64,000 nucleotides of DNA from Opitutia bacterium (GTDB lineage Bacteria > Verrucomicrobiota > Verrucomicrobiia > Opitutales > T3Sed10-336). Below the pieces are notes generated by a model that saw nothing but the letters and a program-made list of their open reading frames with translations, was not told the origin of the DNA and did no database searches. Positions within the stretch are counted from its first letter, which is position 1; each line of letters starts with the position of its first letter. A program made the position numbers and the translations under genes. Of the stretch, positions 50,503 to 59,741 are shown one piece after another. The stretch covers positions 17,898 through 81,897 of the forward strand of contig JBJHCF010000023.1 in the NCBI GenBank assembly GCA_050506795.1, given 5' to 3'.

Positions 50503-51698
50503 TCCAGGATCCGGCCGACGGGTGAGGCGGCGGGTTCGGATTCGGGAGTGTCGGGCTGGAGGCCGTCGACGTGGCGCGAGTAACGGAACACCTTGCCTTC
50601 GTAATTGCGGATCTCGACTTCGTCGTCGCTGATCTTGCGCACGTATTCCGGATTGATCGGCACCTTGCCGCCGCCGCCGGGGGCGTCGATGACGAACTGG
50701 GGCACGGCGTAACCCGTGGTATGACCGCGCAGGTTTTCGATGATTTCGAGGCCTTTCATCACGTCGGCGCGCAGGTGGGCGCTGCCGGTGATGAGGTCGC
50801 ACTGGTAAAGATAGTAGGGCCGCACCCGCATCATGAGGAGCCGGTGGACGAGTTCCTTCATGGTGTCGACGTCGTCATTGACCCCCTTGAGGAGCACCGA
50901 TTGGTTGCCCAGCGGCACGCCGGCCAGGGCGAGGCGATCACAGGCGTCCCGCACCTCCTGGGTGCATTCCTTCGGGTGGTTGGCGTGGATGCTCATCCAG
51001 ATGGGTTCGTGCTTGCGGAAGATTTCGGTGAGCTCCGGAGTGATGCGCTGGGGCAGGAAAATGGGAATGCGCGAGCCGATGCGGATGAACTCCACGTGTT
51101 CGATGGCGCGGAGGCGGCCCAGCAGGTAGTCGAGTTTGCGGTCGGCCAGCAGCAGAGGGTCGCCGCCGCTCAGGAGGACGTCGCGAATCTCCGGGTGGCT
51201 TTCGATGTACCGGATGCCCTGTTCGAATTCGGGATGAAAGTCGTAGCCCTGGCTGTTGCTCACCAGGCGGCTGCGGGTGCAGTAGCGGCAGTAGGCGGCG
51301 CAGCGGTCGGTCACCAGGAAAAGCACCCGGTCCGGATAACGGTGCACCAGACCGGGAACGGGCATTTTACCGTCCTCCCCGCAAGGGTCGCTCATCTCTT
51401 CCGGAGCGACATGCATCTCCTCCACCCGGGGAATCACCTGCCGGCGGATGGGACAGTCCTCGTCCTTGAAATCGATCAGGTTGAAAAAGTAAGGCGTGAT
51501 GGCCAGGGCCAGCTTCTTGTTGGCGAAAGCACAACCCTGCTTCTCGGCCGGGCTCAGAGGGAAAAACTTCTCAATCTCTTCCTCGGTGGTGATCCGGTTT
51601 TTCAGTTGCCAGCCCCAATTCCGCCAGTCTTCGGCCGGCACGTGCTGCCACAAACCCTGTCCCCGGTACCATTCTCGTCGTCCTTTTTTTGAACTCAT
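50499..51698 (-). CDS. kamA: KamA-family radical SAM protein (lysine 2,3-aminomutase-like)
   Basis: HRYPDRVLF, CAAYCRYC, LLSGGDPL, NQSVLLKGVND, RPYYLYQCD, PLP lysine APGGGGK. Confidence 0.85.
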   Translation of the reverse strand: MSSKKGRREWYRGQGLWQHVPAEDWRNWGWQLKNRITTEEEIEKFFPLSPAEKQGCAFANKKLALAITPYFFNLIDFKDEDCPIRRQVIPRVEEMHVAPEEMSDPCGEDGKMPVPGLVHRYPDRVLFLVTDRCAAYCRYCTRSRLVSNSQGYDFHPEFEQGIRYIESHPEIRDVLLSGGDPLLLADRKLDYLLGRLRAIEHVEFIRIGSRIPIFLPQRITPELTEIFRKHEPIWMSIHANHPKECTQEVRDACDRLALAGVPLGNQSVLLKGVNDDVDTMKELVHRLLMMRVRPYYLYQCDLITGSAHLRADVMKGLEIIENLRGHTTGYAVPQFVIDAPGGGGKVPINPEYVRKISDDEVEIRNYEGKVFRYSRHVDGLQPDTPESEPAASPVGRILD

Positions 51699-51817
51699 TA
51701 TAGGCCGGTAACTAACCGGGATTCCGCGGTGTGTCAAACGCAGGCAAAAATCATCCGGAATCCAAATCGGCAAACTCGTTATTTACACCCGTTGCGATTC
51801 CTGTTTGATCTTTAGAT

Positions 51818-52984
51818 ATGACGATCATCAGAAAAGGGGTACTGGCGCTGGAAGACGGAAGCGTGTTCCGAGGTCTTGCTTTTGGCGGAGAAGGCACTGT
51901 AACCGGAGAGGCGGTTTTTAATACCAGCATGACCGGCTACCAGGAAATCCTGACCGATCCCTCCTACTTCGGCCAGATCATCACCATGACCGCGCCGCAG
52001 ATCGGAAATTACGGGATCAGTCCCGAAGACGACGAAAGCAGCGGCCCCAAAGCGGTCGGATTCGTGGTGCGCGAACTGAGCCCGGTGGCCAGCAATTGGC
52101 GGAGTCGTCAGAGCCTCGACGAATACCTCAAGATCAACAACATCCCCGGCCTGCAGGAGGTCGACACCCGCGCCATCACCAAGAAATTGCGCGTGGCGGG
52201 GGCCATGAAAGCCTGCGTCAGCACGCACGATATCAGTGACGAAGAAGCCGTCAAACTGGCGCGGGACTGGTCCGGCCTGGTAGGTATGGACTACGTCAAA
52301 GAAGTCACCTGCCGCAGCCCCTTCGAGTGGGATTCGGAGGGCAAGGACAGCGCGCCGTTCACGGTTGAAGGCACGCACCTGAACCGGGGGGAGCCGGAAT
52401 CGACCTTCTATCGAGTCGCCGCCTTTGATTTGGGCGCGAAGTACTCGATCTACCGGAAGTTGCGCAACCACGGTTTCGAAGTCCACGTCCTGCCCGCGGA
52501 TACGCCGCCGGAAAAAGTGCGTGAACTGAAGCCGGACGGCCTTTTCCTTTCCAACGGCCCCGGCGATCCCGCCGCCATCGACTACATCCACCGAAACGTG
52601 GCTTCGTTGCTGGAAGAGTACCCGACGTTTGGAATCTGTCTCGGCCATCAGGTCATCGCCCACGCCATGGGTGCGAAGACCTTCAAGCTGAAATTCGGTC
52701 ACCGGGGAGGCAACCAACCGGTCAAGAACCTCGAAACCGGCCGGGTCGCCATCACCGCCCAGAACCACGGTTTCGCCGTCGACGCCAAGAGCGTGGAAAA
52801 CCGCGGCGGCACCGTGACCGAGATCAACCTCAACGACCAAACCGTGGAAGGGCTGCGACACAACGAGTTGCCGGTTTTCACCGTCCAGTACCACCCGGAG
52901 GCCGCCCCCGGGCCCAACGACTCCGATCCGCTTTTCGTTGATTTCTACCGTTTGATCACCAAGCGGAAAGAAGGGAAGATCTGA
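51818..52984 (+). CDS. carA: Carbamoyl-phosphate synthase small subunit
   Basis: FNTSMTGYQEILTDPSY, LSNGPGDP, GICLGHQ, FGHRGGNQP, QYHPEAAPGP. Confidence 0.97.
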   Translation: MTIIRKGVLALEDGSVFRGLAFGGEGTVTGEAVFNTSMTGYQEILTDPSYFGQIITMTAPQIGNYGISPEDDESSGPKAVGFVVRELSPVASNWRSRQSLDEYLKINNIPGLQEVDTRAITKKLRVAGAMKACVSTHDISDEEAVKLARDWSGLVGMDYVKEVTCRSPFEWDSEGKDSAPFTVEGTHLNRGEPESTFYRVAAFDLGAKYSIYRKLRNHGFEVHVLPADTPPEKVRELKPDGLFLSNGPGDPAAIDYIHRNVASLLEEYPTFGICLGHQVIAHAMGAKTFKLKFGHRGGNQPVKNLETGRVAITAQNHGFAVDAKSVENRGGTVTEINLNDQTVEGLRHNELPVFTVQYHPEAAPGPNDSDPLFVDFYRLITKRKEGKI

Positions 52985-52987
52985 AGC

Positions 52988-53145
52988 AATTTGGATTTTG
53001 GATCGCGGATTTTGGATTTGAGTCCAGCGCTTTCGCGCTTTGGGGATCGACCGCGCGAAGGTAAACGGTTCCACGGCGCCACACCCTCTGTGCGTGCAAC
53101 CAGTCGATCCGCAATCCAGAATCCTCAATCCGAAATCCAAAATTC
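52988..53145. repeat. Heptamer-armed palindromic element
   Basis: GGATTTTGGATCGCGGATTTTGGATT ... AATCCAGAATCCTCAATCCGAAATCCAAAAT. Confidence 0.75.
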
Positions 53146-53148
53146 AAT

Positions 53149-54042
53149 ATGACCCTTCTTCTCGACATGGATGACCGGGCCTGGATCTGGCTGGGGAATC
53201 TTTGTTACGCGGCGGCTTTCGCCTTTGCCCTGGTTTCGGTCGTTCGATCAAAACAACACTCCCGGCTGCTGCTCTTCCTGCTGGTGGTTGCGGGCTTCAT
53301 GCTGCAATCCACCGGACTTTACCTGCGCGGCCTGGAAACGCGGAGCTGCCCCCTGGGCAATCCGTTTGAGATTCTGCAGTTCGTGACCTGGTCACTGGTG
53401 GTAATTTACCTCGCGGTCGGCCCCGCCTTTCGCATGAGCCTGCTGGGGTTCTTCTCCTCCGGACTGGCGGCCGGCCTGGGGATCCTTTCCCTGCTGGTTT
53501 CCGACTGGGACGCTGTCCGGCGCGTCGGCCTGTTCGGCGACAATGTCTGGATCGAGACCCATGCGGCGCTCGCCATTTTCAGCTACGGAGCCTTCGGAAT
53601 CCTGGCCCTGACTTCAATCATGTACCTGCTTCAGAACTACAGCCTGAAGCATAAAAAGCTGGCCGGGATTTTTAACTTCCTGCCCTCGCTGTACCAATTG
53701 GAGCAAATGAATCTGCGCCTGCTGGTGCTCGGCGTAGCTATCCTGAGCACCTCCCTGGCAATCGGGTCCATCCACTGGTTGGGGGATGCCGAGAGGCTCC
53801 ATTCGCTCAAACTCCCGTTCACCACCGCGGTCTGGCTTGCCTACGTCACCGTCCTCGCCCTGCGCCTGCGGGAAACGCTGATATCACGTCCCCTCGCCTG
53901 GACCTGTATCGCGCTCTACTTCCTCGCCCTGCTTTCCATTCCGCCGGTTGACGCCGGCCGCAAACCGCTGGAACCGGAATCCGTCAATGCGGCGCCGGCG
54001 ACCTCCGCGGACGCCACTCTCCCCGCCGCCCAAGATCGATGA
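53149..54042 (+). CDS. Cytochrome c assembly (CcsA/HemX-like) membrane protein
   Basis: Multiple TM segments, RSCPLGNPFE, WIETHAAL, LPSLYQLEQM; coupled to hemA. Confidence 0.8.
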   Translation: MTLLLDMDDRAWIWLGNLCYAAAFAFALVSVVRSKQHSRLLLFLLVVAGFMLQSTGLYLRGLETRSCPLGNPFEILQFVTWSLVVIYLAVGPAFRMSLLGFFSSGLAAGLGILSLLVSDWDAVRRVGLFGDNVWIETHAALAIFSYGAFGILALTSIMYLLQNYSLKHKKLAGIFNFLPSLYQLEQMNLRLLVLGVAILSTSLAIGSIHWLGDAERLHSLKLPFTTAVWLAYVTVLALRLRETLISRPLAWTCIALYFLALLSIPPVDAGRKPLEPESVNAAPATSADATLPAAQDR

Positions 54043-55091
54043 CCGGTCCGCTGCACATGCTCGGGGCCAGTCACCGCACCGCCCCGATCGAGATACGGGA
54101 AAAGCTCGCCGTTCCGGCGGAACGCACCTCGGAAGTGTACGAAGGATTGCGACGAATTGACAACCTGAGCGAGTTCGCCGTCATCAACACCTGCAATCGC
54201 GTGGAAGTCTACCTCGTCACGGCGGACCCCCAGGCGCGCCAACGAATCGAGTCGTTTTTTCGTGATTTCCACGGATTGCCGGCGGATACCCTATCCGGCC
54301 ACACCGTCTGGCGCGAAAATGTCGGCGCGGTCCGTCACCTCTTCGAAGTGGCCAGCGGTATTGATTCCCTGGTGGTGGGCGAAGCGGAAATCCTGGGCCA
54401 GGTCAAGGAATCCTACGCGCGGGCGCGCGAACACGCCTCCCTCGGGCCGATCCTGAATCGTATTTTCCAAAAAAGTTTCCAGACAGCCAAGTGGACCCGG
54501 ACCCACACCGCCATCGGACGCGGTCAGGTCAGCGTCGGGACGGTGGCGGTGGATCTGGCACGCAAGATTTTCGGCGACCTGCGCCGCTGCCGAATCCTGG
54601 TGCTGGGCGCCGGAGAAATCGCCGAACGCACCCTGATCAACCTGAAAAACCGGGGCGCGCGCAACATTGCGGTCAGCAATCGCACCTTTGAACGCGCCGG
54701 GGACCTCGCGCGCAAACTCGAAGGCGTCGCCCTGCCTTTTGAACAGATTCACTCCGCCCTCGGCGACTACGATATTGTCATCGGCTCCACCGCCGCGACG
54801 ACCCCCCTTTTCGGCAAGCGGGAGGTCGAAACCCTCATGGCGAACCGCCCCCTGCGTCCCCTCTTTCTGATCGACCTGGCGGTGCCGCGTGATTTCGACG
54901 GCTCGCTGACCGAACTCGACAGCGTCTTCCTCTACAACATCGACGACCTGTCGGAACTCGCGCAAGCCAATCGCACCGCCAGAGAAGCCGAAATCGACCA
55001 CTGCCGCGAAGTCATTGACGCCAAAGCCCGCCACCTCTGGAAACACCTGCGCCTGCCCGCCCCAACCCGGGACCAACCAACCCTGGGCTAG
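54039..55091 (+). CDS. hemA: Glutamyl-tRNA reductase
   Basis: GASHRTAPIEIREK, TCNRVE, GIDSLVVGEAEILGQVK, LGAGE, IDLAVPRD. Confidence 0.96.
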   Translation: MTGPLHMLGASHRTAPIEIREKLAVPAERTSEVYEGLRRIDNLSEFAVINTCNRVEVYLVTADPQARQRIESFFRDFHGLPADTLSGHTVWRENVGAVRHLFEVASGIDSLVVGEAEILGQVKESYARAREHASLGPILNRIFQKSFQTAKWTRTHTAIGRGQVSVGTVAVDLARKIFGDLRRCRILVLGAGEIAERTLINLKNRGARNIAVSNRTFERAGDLARKLEGVALPFEQIHSALGDYDIVIGSTAATTPLFGKREVETLMANRPLRPLFLIDLAVPRDFDGSLTELDSVFLYNIDDLSELAQANRTAREAEIDHCREVIDAKARHLWKHLRLPAPTRDQPTLG

Positions 55092-55094
55092 CCC

Positions 55095-55473
55095 GAATGG
55101 CACTCGATTAAGCAGGTTCATCGTTTGAGAAACCGAAACGAAATTGGAATTGCGCCTCCGCTTCCTGATAGGGCGCCGCTCCCGCGCCGCCGGCGCGGGC
55201 AGAATTGCCCGTGCTCCCAAACCGGCGGCCATGCGGGAGCATGGCCCTCCAGGGGAACAGCCGATGCGATTAAAGCAGTGCTTAACGGTGAAGGTTCTCA
55301 CACGGAGCCACGCCCTCAGCGAGCTCAGGCCGGTGAGAGCTCACGGAGGTCGGTCCTGTAAAAATCTCCGTGACTTTGTGCCTCCGTGTGAGCCCAATTT
55401 CCGCTGTATTAAAGGATTCGTTACACCATAACAAAGCAGATTTAGGCCTAACCGAATCGCATCGGCTATTTCC
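55095..55473. mobile_element. Chimaeric IS4-like MITE: type A body (reverse orientation, no nested insert) plus type B REP core
   Basis: 55095-55272 is closely similar to the reverse complement of ~6389-6900 minus 6483-6819; ~55286-55410 matches the core of 2209..2459 and 56377..56637. Confidence 0.8.
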
Positions 55474-56263
55474 CTCGAAGGTCCTGACCCCGCATTGCCA
55501 GGGCCTGCCGGACCATGAGCGGGTTGTCGGATATAATTCCATCCACTCCCAAATCCAATAACTTCAAGGCCGTATCCAGTTCGTTGATCGTGTAGATCCA
55601 CACCTTAAACCCGCGCGCATGGGCTTCGCCGACCGATTCCCGAGTAACCTGCCCGTTCCAGCCGACCACGGTGGCGCCCGCTTTTTCAATGCGGTCGAGA
55701 AAGGGGGCGTTGAGAAAACGCTCACTGTACCAATAACGCTTCCCGTCCGGTCGACGCGGCGGACCCAGGGCGCCGAGTGAAACGTTTGCGGCCAGGTCGC
55801 GACAATCCGCCAGGAACTTCCAATCGAATGCCTGGATCACGACCCGGTCCAGGCTCCCGCATCGGTCAAGCAGATCGATCAAGGTCCTGGCGTCCCCGTC
55901 CTTGCGCTCAATCAGCACACCAGCTTTTTTCCGTATCTCATTGAGCGCCTGTTGCAGGGTCGGAATGCGAACACCGGCGAATTGCGGCGAAAACCAGCTT
56001 CCCGCATCCAGCCGGCAAAGCTCGTCCACCGTTCTGGAATGAACCGTCACTCGCTTCGACCCCCACCGCCTGGCGGCGTCTGTGGTTCGATCGAGGGTGC
56101 GGTCGTGAATGACGACGGGCACGCCGTCACTGCTATGACGATAATCCAACTCCACCAGGTCGGACTCCGCCAGACACGCCGCCTGGAAGGCCGGAATGGT
56201 GTTTTCCGGCGCCGTGAGGCTGTAGCCCCGATGGGCGATGACGAGTGGACGTTCTTCGTTCAT
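55466..56263 (-). CDS. Glycerophosphodiester phosphodiesterase family protein
   Basis: VIAHRG..APENTIPAF, VELD, IHDRTLDRTT, WIYTINE, GVDGIISDNP. Confidence 0.92.
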   Translation of the reverse strand: MNEERPLVIAHRGYSLTAPENTIPAFQAACLAESDLVELDYRHSSDGVPVVIHDRTLDRTTDAARRWGSKRVTVHSRTVDELCRLDAGSWFSPQFAGVRIPTLQQALNEIRKKAGVLIERKDGDARTLIDLLDRCGSLDRVVIQAFDWKFLADCRDLAANVSLGALGPPRRPDGKRYWYSERFLNAPFLDRIEKAGATVVGWNGQVTRESVGEAHARGFKVWIYTINELDTALKLLDLGVDGIISDNPLMVRQALAMRGQDLRGK

Positions 56264-56376
56264 GGATCAGTTTTTAACTCAAACCCCGTAAAGCCTTCTG
56301 GATTAAACCCGCACCCCTCGCCATATTTTTCTGTTGTGCGCATCGTCTAAAAGCCGGTTTGTCAGTCCTCTAACCC

Positions 56377-56637
56377 GAATGGCACTCAGTTAAGGTCGTT
56401 GATTGAAGGAGCGTTGTCCAACTGTGGTAAGTTTACCAAAAATCACGCCCGGTTTTATGCGGTGCTGAACTGTGGAGGTTCTCACACGGAGCCACGCCCT
56501 CGACGAGCTCAGGCCGGTGAGAGCTCACGGAGGTGGGTCCTAAAAAAATCTCCGTGACTTTGTGCCTCCGTGTGAGCCCAATTTCCGCTGTATTTTTGCT
56601 TCACCAAATGATGAACCGCCTTAACCGAGTGGCATTC
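56377..56637. mobile_element. IS4-like MITE, type B
   Basis: GAATGGCACTCAGTTAAGG ... CCTTAACCGAGTGGCATTC; flanks CTCTAACCC / CCCTAACCC (9 bp, one mismatch). Confidence 0.85.
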
Positions 56638-56769
56638 CCCTAACCCCTCCAAACACCATCGAGAGTTCTTACTGTAAGAAATGTTACCTCCGGCTTTAGA
56701 GCGATAAACCGGTGTTTACGGTGATTCTTTTGGGATAGGTAGTAAGCTGTTCTCAAGCGTACTCGCCCA

Positions 56770-58377
56770 ATGAAGAATTTCGTCTTAACACTGTTCGCCA
56801 TCATGATCCTGGGCGCCTTCTCACCGGCCCTGGAAGCACAACGCGGTTCCCGGTCGGCGGAAGTGACCCGTTCGGGCGACACCTGGACGGCGAGCGTCAG
56901 CGGCAGCCCGGTTTACACTGGCAGCGACATGATTCACGCCATCCAGGCGGGGATCGACAACCTGACCTCCGGCCGGACGCACCAGGAAACCGTCAACATC
57001 AGAGACTCCGGGTCGACCGGCGTTCACCACTGGGACGGCGGTGTCAAGGTCATCGACATGCGCAGCTACACGGTTCTCGATTTCCACGGAAACACGATCA
57101 ATGTGAATGATACCGAGGACAACCTGATCGTTCCCATCCGGGCTCGGGAAGCCGATCACATCGAAATCCGCAATATGCGCATCACCGGCAACCCTCGCTA
57201 CGGCATGTGGTTTTTCGGGTGCGAGAACGTCCTGCTTTCCAACATTGAGTTGAATATTCCCGAAACCCAGAACTCCAACGGCCCGGGACTGGGAGTGCGC
57301 TTCGAGGCGCGCGGCGGGCAGACCTCCGGTCGCTGGAACCGCAACGTGGAGATCGACCATATTGTCGTGGAGGGCTCCAAAGGGCACGGCGTGGAATTCT
57401 GGGGAACCGACGGCCTCACCATCGGCACCGTGGTCACCCGGAATACCGGGGGCGCCGGGCTCCTGATCAACAACAACCGCAACGTGCACGTCGGCCTGGT
57501 CGACGCCTACCGCGCCAACCACGGCGGCGGTTACGCCGGTTTTCGCACCGCCAACAACGCCGGACCCAATATCGTGGTGGATAAGGTGATCGCCGTCGAA
57601 TGCGGTCGCGGGGTCTTCACCGTCTCGGGTAGTCGCGGCATCACCATTCACGAAGTCGATATCATCGGCTCCACCAGCCATGGCATGCTGATCGAGGACA
57701 CCCAGGATTTTGTGGTCAACGGCGGGATCATTCGAGGTACCGGATCGGAAGGGGTCCGCATCACCTCCCGCTCCAGCACCCAACATCACGCCACGCAAAA
57801 CGTCACGGTGCGCAACCTCCGCGTTTCTGACTGTCCCTGGGGCATCCGGGAAACGCTGCCGCGCACCAATAGCAACTTCATTTTCAACAACGACCTTCGC
57901 GGAAACGACAATTGCCTCGCCTACGACGGTCCAGACACCCAAGCGGCAGCCAATTTCTGCGGTATACGCGCGGTCCGGACCGACGATCTTTACCTCGCCT
58001 GGCTGCACCGCCGGTTCATGGACGGTTCCGAGCCGGAAGCCGATCCATCCCATGACCACAACGGTCTGGGCGTTCCCAACCTGATGCGTTACGCCCTGGA
58101 TATCGACCATGACGACGACCTTCAATCCCGCCTTCCCCAAACCGAATTCGTGGGCGGACATCTGGCTCTGCGTTTCTTCCGCAGCGCCATCAAGGAGGAC
58201 ATCGCCTACATCGTGGAAGCATCTTCCAACTTGAATGACTGGGACGAAGTCCTCTACGACTCACGCATCCACACGCAACCCAACAACGCCGGCGCCTATA
58301 TGCGTATAGAAGACCCGCAATCCGCCGCAAACAACGGAGCCCGTTTTATCCGCCTGCGCGTGGAACAAATCGACTGA
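56770..58377 (+). CDS. Secreted right-handed parallel beta-helix protein (pectin-lyase fold) with a C-terminal DxNG...FIRL domain
   Basis: Signal peptide; periodic G/N-rich beta-helix turns (HIEIRNMRITG..YGMWF, QNVTVRNLRV). Confidence 0.75.
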   Translation: MKNFVLTLFAIMILGAFSPALEAQRGSRSAEVTRSGDTWTASVSGSPVYTGSDMIHAIQAGIDNLTSGRTHQETVNIRDSGSTGVHHWDGGVKVIDMRSYTVLDFHGNTINVNDTEDNLIVPIRAREADHIEIRNMRITGNPRYGMWFFGCENVLLSNIELNIPETQNSNGPGLGVRFEARGGQTSGRWNRNVEIDHIVVEGSKGHGVEFWGTDGLTIGTVVTRNTGGAGLLINNNRNVHVGLVDAYRANHGGGYAGFRTANNAGPNIVVDKVIAVECGRGVFTVSGSRGITIHEVDIIGSTSHGMLIEDTQDFVVNGGIIRGTGSEGVRITSRSSTQHHATQNVTVRNLRVSDCPWGIRETLPRTNSNFIFNNDLRGNDNCLAYDGPDTQAAANFCGIRAVRTDDLYLAWLHRRFMDGSEPEADPSHDHNGLGVPNLMRYALDIDHDDDLQSRLPQTEFVGGHLALRFFRSAIKEDIAYIVEASSNLNDWDEVLYDSRIHTQPNNAGAYMRIEDPQSAANNGARFIRLRVEQID

Positions 58378-58694
58378 TCCCCGCAACCCGGCTATTACAT
58401 CGCCACCGACATGGACTTCTCCCCACCTGCTCTCAACGTACAAACCGTGCCTCGCTACCAGAGCCGGGATTAATTTCGTCCCCACATCAAATGGCGAAGG
58501 ACCCATTTGGGAGGTAGTACATTTAAACGATTAAGCCTGACCCGTTCCGGTTGCTCTTGCCGTGGTGCCAAACGGGAATAGCCCGTGATTCGAACGAACC
58601 CAGATGACCACTTAATCTGAGTCGGGTTCGATCAACGCGGGCATGAACACAGGATTGAGTCTCACACCCGCACCGGTTGCGTCGCGCCGGGAGT

Positions 58695-59558
58695 TTAATC
58701 CCGCAGCCGTTCCACCGACCATTCCGCCGCGGCGCGCAGGCGCACATCGGAAGATTCGGACAGTGGCCCCAAGTCAGCAAGATCGTTTTCGTCACCGAGT
58801 TTGCCGATCGCTGCAATGGCGGCCATGCGAAGGAAAACGGTCTGATCGGAATCGTAGCCAAGGCCGCGCGCGATCACAAGGATCCCGGGGTGATCCAGCT
58901 CCGCTCCCACTTGAAGGGCGGCGGCGCGGTTCGCCGGGGTCTGGCCGAGATCGACTGCGATCGCATTGGCCCGCTCAGCGACACTCAGGAAATCGACCGC
59001 ACCGTAGTCCCCGGCGAGATTCTTCAACGCAAGCACCGCGGTGCCCGAGAAGGTCGCCTCGGTCGAATCGGTGACCTCAAGGTAAAAATCGACGAGCCCT
59101 TCCCGCTCCTGCGGACTCGCTTTCGGATACCACGTCCGTAACAACTGGAGGCAATAATCCCGCCAGCCGTTGTCCATGGTCTCGTCATTAAAATGCCCGA
59201 TCAACAGATCGCCCAATCCCGGTGGAGGCGTTTCCTGATTGATCAACGCAATCACCAGGTCGTTCTTAATTGCATTGAGCGCTGTGGCAGGCAGGGGATC
59301 GTCTTCCGGGCGCACCCCGAGAAACCGAATGGCGGTCTCGATCTCCTGGGCGGAAAGGTTCCCGCTCAACCGCCGTACGGTCCGGTAGCGAACGTGATAG
59401 CCGGTATCCTCGCCATCCCCAGCGATTATCTCGATCGGGGTCGGAGAGCTTGCCTGACCTGCTTCCACCTCGATTGTTGTCAAAACCGCGAAAAGAAACA
59501 GGATCGATAAAAACGGAACGCATAATTTCCGCTTGGTAGTAAGGGATGTCAACTTCAT
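58695..59558 (-). CDS. Secreted HEAT-repeat protein
   Basis: Signal peptide; LRMAAIAAIGKLG..DVRLRAAA. Confidence 0.65.
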   Translation of the reverse strand: MKLTSLTTKRKLCVPFLSILFLFAVLTTIEVEAGQASSPTPIEIIAGDGEDTGYHVRYRTVRRLSGNLSAQEIETAIRFLGVRPEDDPLPATALNAIKNDLVIALINQETPPPGLGDLLIGHFNDETMDNGWRDYCLQLLRTWYPKASPQEREGLVDFYLEVTDSTEATFSGTAVLALKNLAGDYGAVDFLSVAERANAIAVDLGQTPANRAAALQVGAELDHPGILVIARGLGYDSDQTVFLRMAAIAAIGKLGDENDLADLGPLSESSDVRLRAAAEWSVERLRD

Positions 59559-59741
59559 GGCAGGTAGTTTTCGGGTTTGGATCGCGACCGAAAGAATACC
59601 CCTTTGAATGAACACTCCTCAAGCAAAAAATACATTGCGTTTTCTCCGGAATCTTCAAAAGATGACGTAATCCTGAAATCAGCCACTCGCGATCCCTTGA
59701 ACCGCTGATTTACCGATGAATCGATCAGTTTGTACTGCCTG

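Noticed and set aside
50499..51698. EF-P modification enzyme EpmB
   Set aside because: APGGGGK and YLYQCD motifs fit KamA better, and no efp/epmA is adjacent.
255..58161. Long antisense ORFs (e.g. 3670..5679, 12915..14348, 51812..53140, 56821..58161)
   Set aside because: Shadow frames of GC-rich genes with no recognisable motifs.
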